A stretch of 64,000 bases of DNA from Rubrivivax sp. (GTDB taxonomy: Bacteria > Pseudomonadota > Gammaproteobacteria > Burkholderiales > Burkholderiaceae_C). The notes below the pieces were generated by a model. It was not told the origin of the DNA, made no database searches, and saw only the letters and a program-made list of their open reading frames with translations. This document shows, one piece after another, positions 61,104 to 64,000 of this stretch (positions are counted from its first letter, which is position 1; every line of letters starts with the position of its first letter). A program made the translations under genes and the position numbers. The DNA lies in NCBI GenBank assembly GCA_022842305.1, contig JALHPY010000011.1, positions 1,227-65,226 on the forward strand, written 5' to 3'.

Positions 61104-61999
61104 TACCAGTCTCCCGAAGCGCCGCCGCCGCCGAAATCGCCCCCGCCACCGGACGAGAAGCCGCCGCCGCCACCAAAACCGCCCCCGCCGCCGAAGCCGC
61201 CGCCACCGCCCCAGCCGCCGATGTGCGGCAGCCCGCCCACGCCGCCAGCGCGGCGCAGCGCCGAGCCCACGCCGAACAGCCCCACCACCAGCAGCGCCAC
61301 CACGGCCGCGCCCGCGGCCAGCAGCAGGCTGGCGCTGAGCCACCAGCCCACGCCGCCGGCCGCGCCCGCGGTGAGCATCGAGCCGAAGCGGCGCCCGAAA
61401 ACGCCGGTGAGCACCGTGCCGAGGATGGGCACGGCGACGAAGAAGAACAGGCCCAGCTCTTCCAGCTGCAGCCCCTGCTGCGCGCCATCGCCGCGTGCCT
61501 GCGGCGCGGGCAGGTTCTCACCCTGGATGCGCGCGATCAGCCGGTCGACGCCGGCGTTCAGGCCGCCGGCGTAGTCACCGTCGCGAAAGGCCGGCTTGAG
61601 CGCGCTGTCGATGATCTGGCGCGCGGCCAGGTCGGGGATGGCACCTTCCAGCGCCTTGGCCACCTCGATGCGCAGCTTGCGGTCTTGCTTGGACACCAGC
61701 AGCAGCACACCGTCGCCGACGTCCTTGCGCCCGATCTTCCAGGCATCGGCCACGCGCTGGGCGTAGGCGGCGATGTCCTCGGGCGCGGTGGCGGGCACCA
61801 GCAACACCACGATCTGCGGGCCCGAGGCGGCCTCGAAGCCGGCCAGCTTGGCATCCAGCGCGGCGATCTGCGGTGCGCTCAGCGTGCCGGTCTGGTCGAT
61901 GACGCGGGCGCTCAGCGGCGGCACCGGCTGCACGTCCTGCGCGCCAGCGCCGGCCGCCCACAGCAGCGCCCAGGCCAGCAGCAGGGCGCGCAGGATCAT
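61103..61999 (-). CDS. TPM-domain membrane protein (YgcG-like) with a Gly-rich tail
   Basis: Signal peptide, TPM domain (...RVIDQTGTLS...IVVLLVP...GVLLLVSKQDRKLRIEV...), TM helices, and a GGGGF-repeat tail. Confidence 0.8.
   Translation of the reverse strand: MILRALLLAWALLWAAGAGAQDVQPVPPLSARVIDQTGTLSAPQIAALDAKLAGFEAASGPQIVVLLVPATAPEDIAAYAQRVADAWKIGRKDVGDGVLLLVSKQDRKLRIEVAKALEGAIPDLAARQIIDSALKPAFRDGDYAGGLNAGVDRLIARIQGENLPAPQARGDGAQQGLQLEELGLFFFVAVPILGTVLTGVFGRRFGSMLTAGAAGGVGWWLSASLLLAAGAAVVALLVVGLFGVGSALRRAGGVGGLPHIGGWGGGGGFGGGGGFGGGGGFSSGGGGDFGGGGASGDW
61106..61219 (-). repeat. Gly-rich coding low-complexity repeat
   Basis: Translation GGWGGGGGFGGGGGFGGGGGFSSGGGGDFGGGGASGDW. Confidence 0.85.
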
Positions 62000-62006
62000 G
62001 GCGCGC

Positions 62007-62630
62007 CTACTTCGAGGCGGCCGGCGCCGCCGGCTTGTCGAAGCTCACCGACGGTGGCGCCGAGATGGCGGCCTCGTTCTGCACCGTGAAACTGGGCTTG
62101 ACGTCGTAGCTGAAGATCATGGCCGTCAGGTTGCTGGGGAAGCTGCGCGCCAGCACGTTGTAGTCCTGCACCGTCTTGATGTAGCGGTTGCGCGCCACGG
62201 TGATGCGGTTCTCGGTGCCCTCGAGCTGCACGCGCAGGTCCTGGAAAGCGGCGTTGGCCTTGAGGTTGGGGTATTGCTCGGCCACCACCATCAGGCGGCT
62301 GAGTGCACCGGTCAACTCACCCTGCGCGGCCTGGAACTTGGCGAAGGCCTCGGGGTTGTTCACCAGTTCGGGCGTGGCCTGGATCGAGGTGGCGCGGGAG
62401 CGCGCCTCGATCACCTTGGTCAGCGTTTCCTGCTCGAAGTTGGCCTCGCCCTTGACCGTGGCCACGATGTTGGGGATGAGGTCGGCGCGGCGCTGGTACT
62501 GGTTGAGCACCTCGCTCCAGCCGGCCTTGACCTGTTCGTCCAGGCGCTGGAAGTCGTTGTAGCCGCAGCCGGCCAGCGTGGTGGCCAGCAGCAGCAGGGC
62601 AATCCGGGCGGTGCGGCGGGCAAGCATCAT
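62007..62630 (-). CDS. lemA: LemA-family protein
   Basis: ATG at 62630, 6 nt after GGAG. Lipobox-like LAGC. ...YNDFQRLDEQVKAGWSEVLNQYQRRADLIPN... Confidence 0.88.
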   Translation of the reverse strand: MMLARRTARIALLLLATTLAGCGYNDFQRLDEQVKAGWSEVLNQYQRRADLIPNIVATVKGEANFEQETLTKVIEARSRATSIQATPELVNNPEAFAKFQAAQGELTGALSRLMVVAEQYPNLKANAAFQDLRVQLEGTENRITVARNRYIKTVQDYNVLARSFPSNLTAMIFSYDVKPSFTVQNEAAISAPPSVSFDKPAAPAASK

Positions 62631-62731
62631 CTTCGACTCCATCAGCGTGTGGCGGGTGCATCCTACCCGTGCCGGAAGGTGGGGCTGCCGCGGCCGGATG
62701 CAAGCTGCCCGCCCGGCCATAATCGCGCCCC

Positions 62732-63826
62732 ATGTGGCCCGAACTCCAGAACGACAGCTTCCTGCGCGCATGCCTGCGCCAGCCCACCACGCACACCCCG
62801 GTGTGGCTGATGCGCCAGGCCGGCCGCTACCTGCCCGAGTACAAGGCCACGCGCATGAAGGCCGGCAACAGCTTCATGGGCCTGGCCACCAACGTGCAGT
62901 ACGCCACCGAGGTGACGCTGCAGCCGCTGGACCGCTACGCGCTGGACGCGGCCATCCTGTTCAGCGACATCCTCACCGTGCCCGACGCCATGGGCCTGGG
63001 CCTGAGCTTCGGCGCCGGCGAAGGCCCCAAGTTCGCCCGCCCGGTGCGCGACGAGGCCGCGGTGGCCGCGCTCGACTGTTTTGACCTGGACAAGCTGCGC
63101 TATGTGTTCGACGCCGTCACCAGCATCCGCAAGGCGCTGAAGGGCCGCGTGCCGCTGATCGGCTTCAGCGGCAGCCCCTGGACCCTGGCCTGCTACATGG
63201 TGGAAGGCGGCGGCAGCGACGACTACCGCCTGGTCAAGACCATGCTCTACAGCCGGCCCGACCTGATGCACCGCATCCTGGCCATCAACGCCGAGGCCGT
63301 GACTGCCTACCTCAACGCCCAGGTCGACGCTGGCGCGCAGGCGCTGATGATCTTCGACAGCTGGGGCGGCGTGCTCGCCGACGGCGCCTTTCAGCGCTTC
63401 AGCCTGGACTACACGCGCCGCGTGGTGGCCGGCCTGCAGCGCAGCAAGGACGGCAAGACCCTGCCGGTGATCGTCTTCACCAAGGGCGGCGGGCCCTGGC
63501 TCGAGCAGATCGCCGAATGCGGCGCCGACGTGGTGGGGCTGGACTGGACCGTCAACCTGGGGCGCGCGCGCCAGCAGGTGGGCGCGCGCGTGGCGCTGCA
63601 GGGCAACCTGGACCCCAACGTGCTGTTCGCCCCGCCCGAGGTGGTGGCGCGCGAGGCCGTGGCCGTGCTCGACAGCTTCGGCCGCCCGCAGCGTGCCGAC
63701 GGTGGCTGGGACGGCCACGTCTTCAACCTGGGCCACGGCATCAGCCAGCACACCCCGCCCGAGCACGTGCAGGCCCTGGTCGAGGCCGTGCACCGGCATT
63801 CGCGCGCGCAACGCACCCCCGCCTGA
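62732..63826 (+). CDS. hemE: Uroporphyrinogen decarboxylase
   Basis: 364 aa. ...[15 protein letters not shown]..., ...AILFSDIL..., ...FNLGHGI... Confidence 0.95.
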   Translation: MWPELQNDSFLRACLRQPTTHTPVWLMRQAGRYLPEYKATRMKAGNSFMGLATNVQYATEVTLQPLDRYALDAAILFSDILTVPDAMGLGLSFGAGEGPKFARPVRDEAAVAALDCFDLDKLRYVFDAVTSIRKALKGRVPLIGFSGSPWTLACYMVEGGGSDDYRLVKTMLYSRPDLMHRILAINAEAVTAYLNAQVDAGAQALMIFDSWGGVLADGAFQRFSLDYTRRVVAGLQRSKDGKTLPVIVFTKGGGPWLEQIAECGADVVGLDWTVNLGRARQQVGARVALQGNLDPNVLFAPPEVVAREAVAVLDSFGRPQRADGGWDGHVFNLGHGISQHTPPEHVQALVEAVHRHSRAQRTPA

Positions 63827-64000
63827 AGGCGGCGCGCGGCAGGCCGCGGCGCGCACGGTAAGTGGGCACTCAGGGCTTGACTTATCCCCACGAACGGTGC
63901 TGCGGTGCAGGATGCGCCGCGCTGTCGGGTCATGACCCGGACAAAGTCGTGAATTCGTGCTAAGTCATTGATTTTTAAGCCTTCGTGCGCCTGCTGCCAA

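Noticed and set aside
61106-61219. GGGGF-encoding repeat as a possible VNTR or non-coding tandem repeat.
   Set aside because: It lies in frame at the 3' end of the TPM/YgcG-like gene. It is a typical Gly-rich low-complexity tail of that family.
63927-63938. Perfect 12-bp palindrome GGGTCATGACCC downstream of hemE near the window edge.
   Set aside because: It is isolated, and its context is cut off by the end of the window. I cannot link it to any gene or regulator.

Overview
Very GC-rich, gene-dense chromosomal segment with about 60 CDS. I recognised no rRNA, tRNA, CRISPR array or IS/transposase by eye. The protein signatures suggest an anaerobically respiring proteobacterium, probably a GC-rich betaproteobacterium; this is inference only, since no search was possible.

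Gene order, left to right:
- DsbA-like gene fragment, then TRAP dctQM.
- [NiFe]-hydrogenase maturation genes hypA-B-F-C-D and hypE. They are split by a 4.3-kb cassette encoding an 11-haem c-type/b-type fusion cytochrome (CbcL-like) and a convergent NapC/NirT- or ImcH-like 7-haem cytochrome.
- Two tandem methionine-less monohaem class-I cytochromes (MtoD-like).
- An MtrC/OmcA-type decahaem lipoprotein with a collagen-like N-terminal linker, a periplasmic ComEA-like HhH protein, the decahaem MtrA and the porin MtrB.
- A complete, translationally coupled 14-gene nuoA-N complex I with an unusually short NuoG, starting 288 bp after mtrB.
- Two type II toxin-antitoxin pairs, an SDR/DUF2867 fusion, and a stand-alone cNMP-binding protein.
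- A five-gene operon: NfnAB-like pair, KorAB, and a 732-aa ferredoxin-domain protein of unknown function.
- USP and CBS proteins, TRAP dctPQM, and a type-B (dihaem cytochrome b) frdCAB.
- A PEP-CTERM ice-binding-like protein in a lower-GC pocket.
- aapJQMP, xdhC-like, TPM-TPM-LemA, and hemE.

Main hunting results:
1. A 32-kb block physically joins hyp genes, inner-membrane quinol/multihaem modules, a full Mtr porin-cytochrome conduit (40 canonical CXXCH motifs in total) and a divergent-looking complex I.
2. The nfnAB-korAB operon ends in a large protein that looks like a degenerate PFOR TPP-domain fused to a single-cluster ferredoxin.
3. FNR/CRP-type TTGAT-N4-ATCAA-like boxes lie in front of most of these modules and are rare in this GC-rich DNA. 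They suggest one anaerobic regulon.

All family assignments come from motif and sequence recognition by eye. None was verified by a database search.
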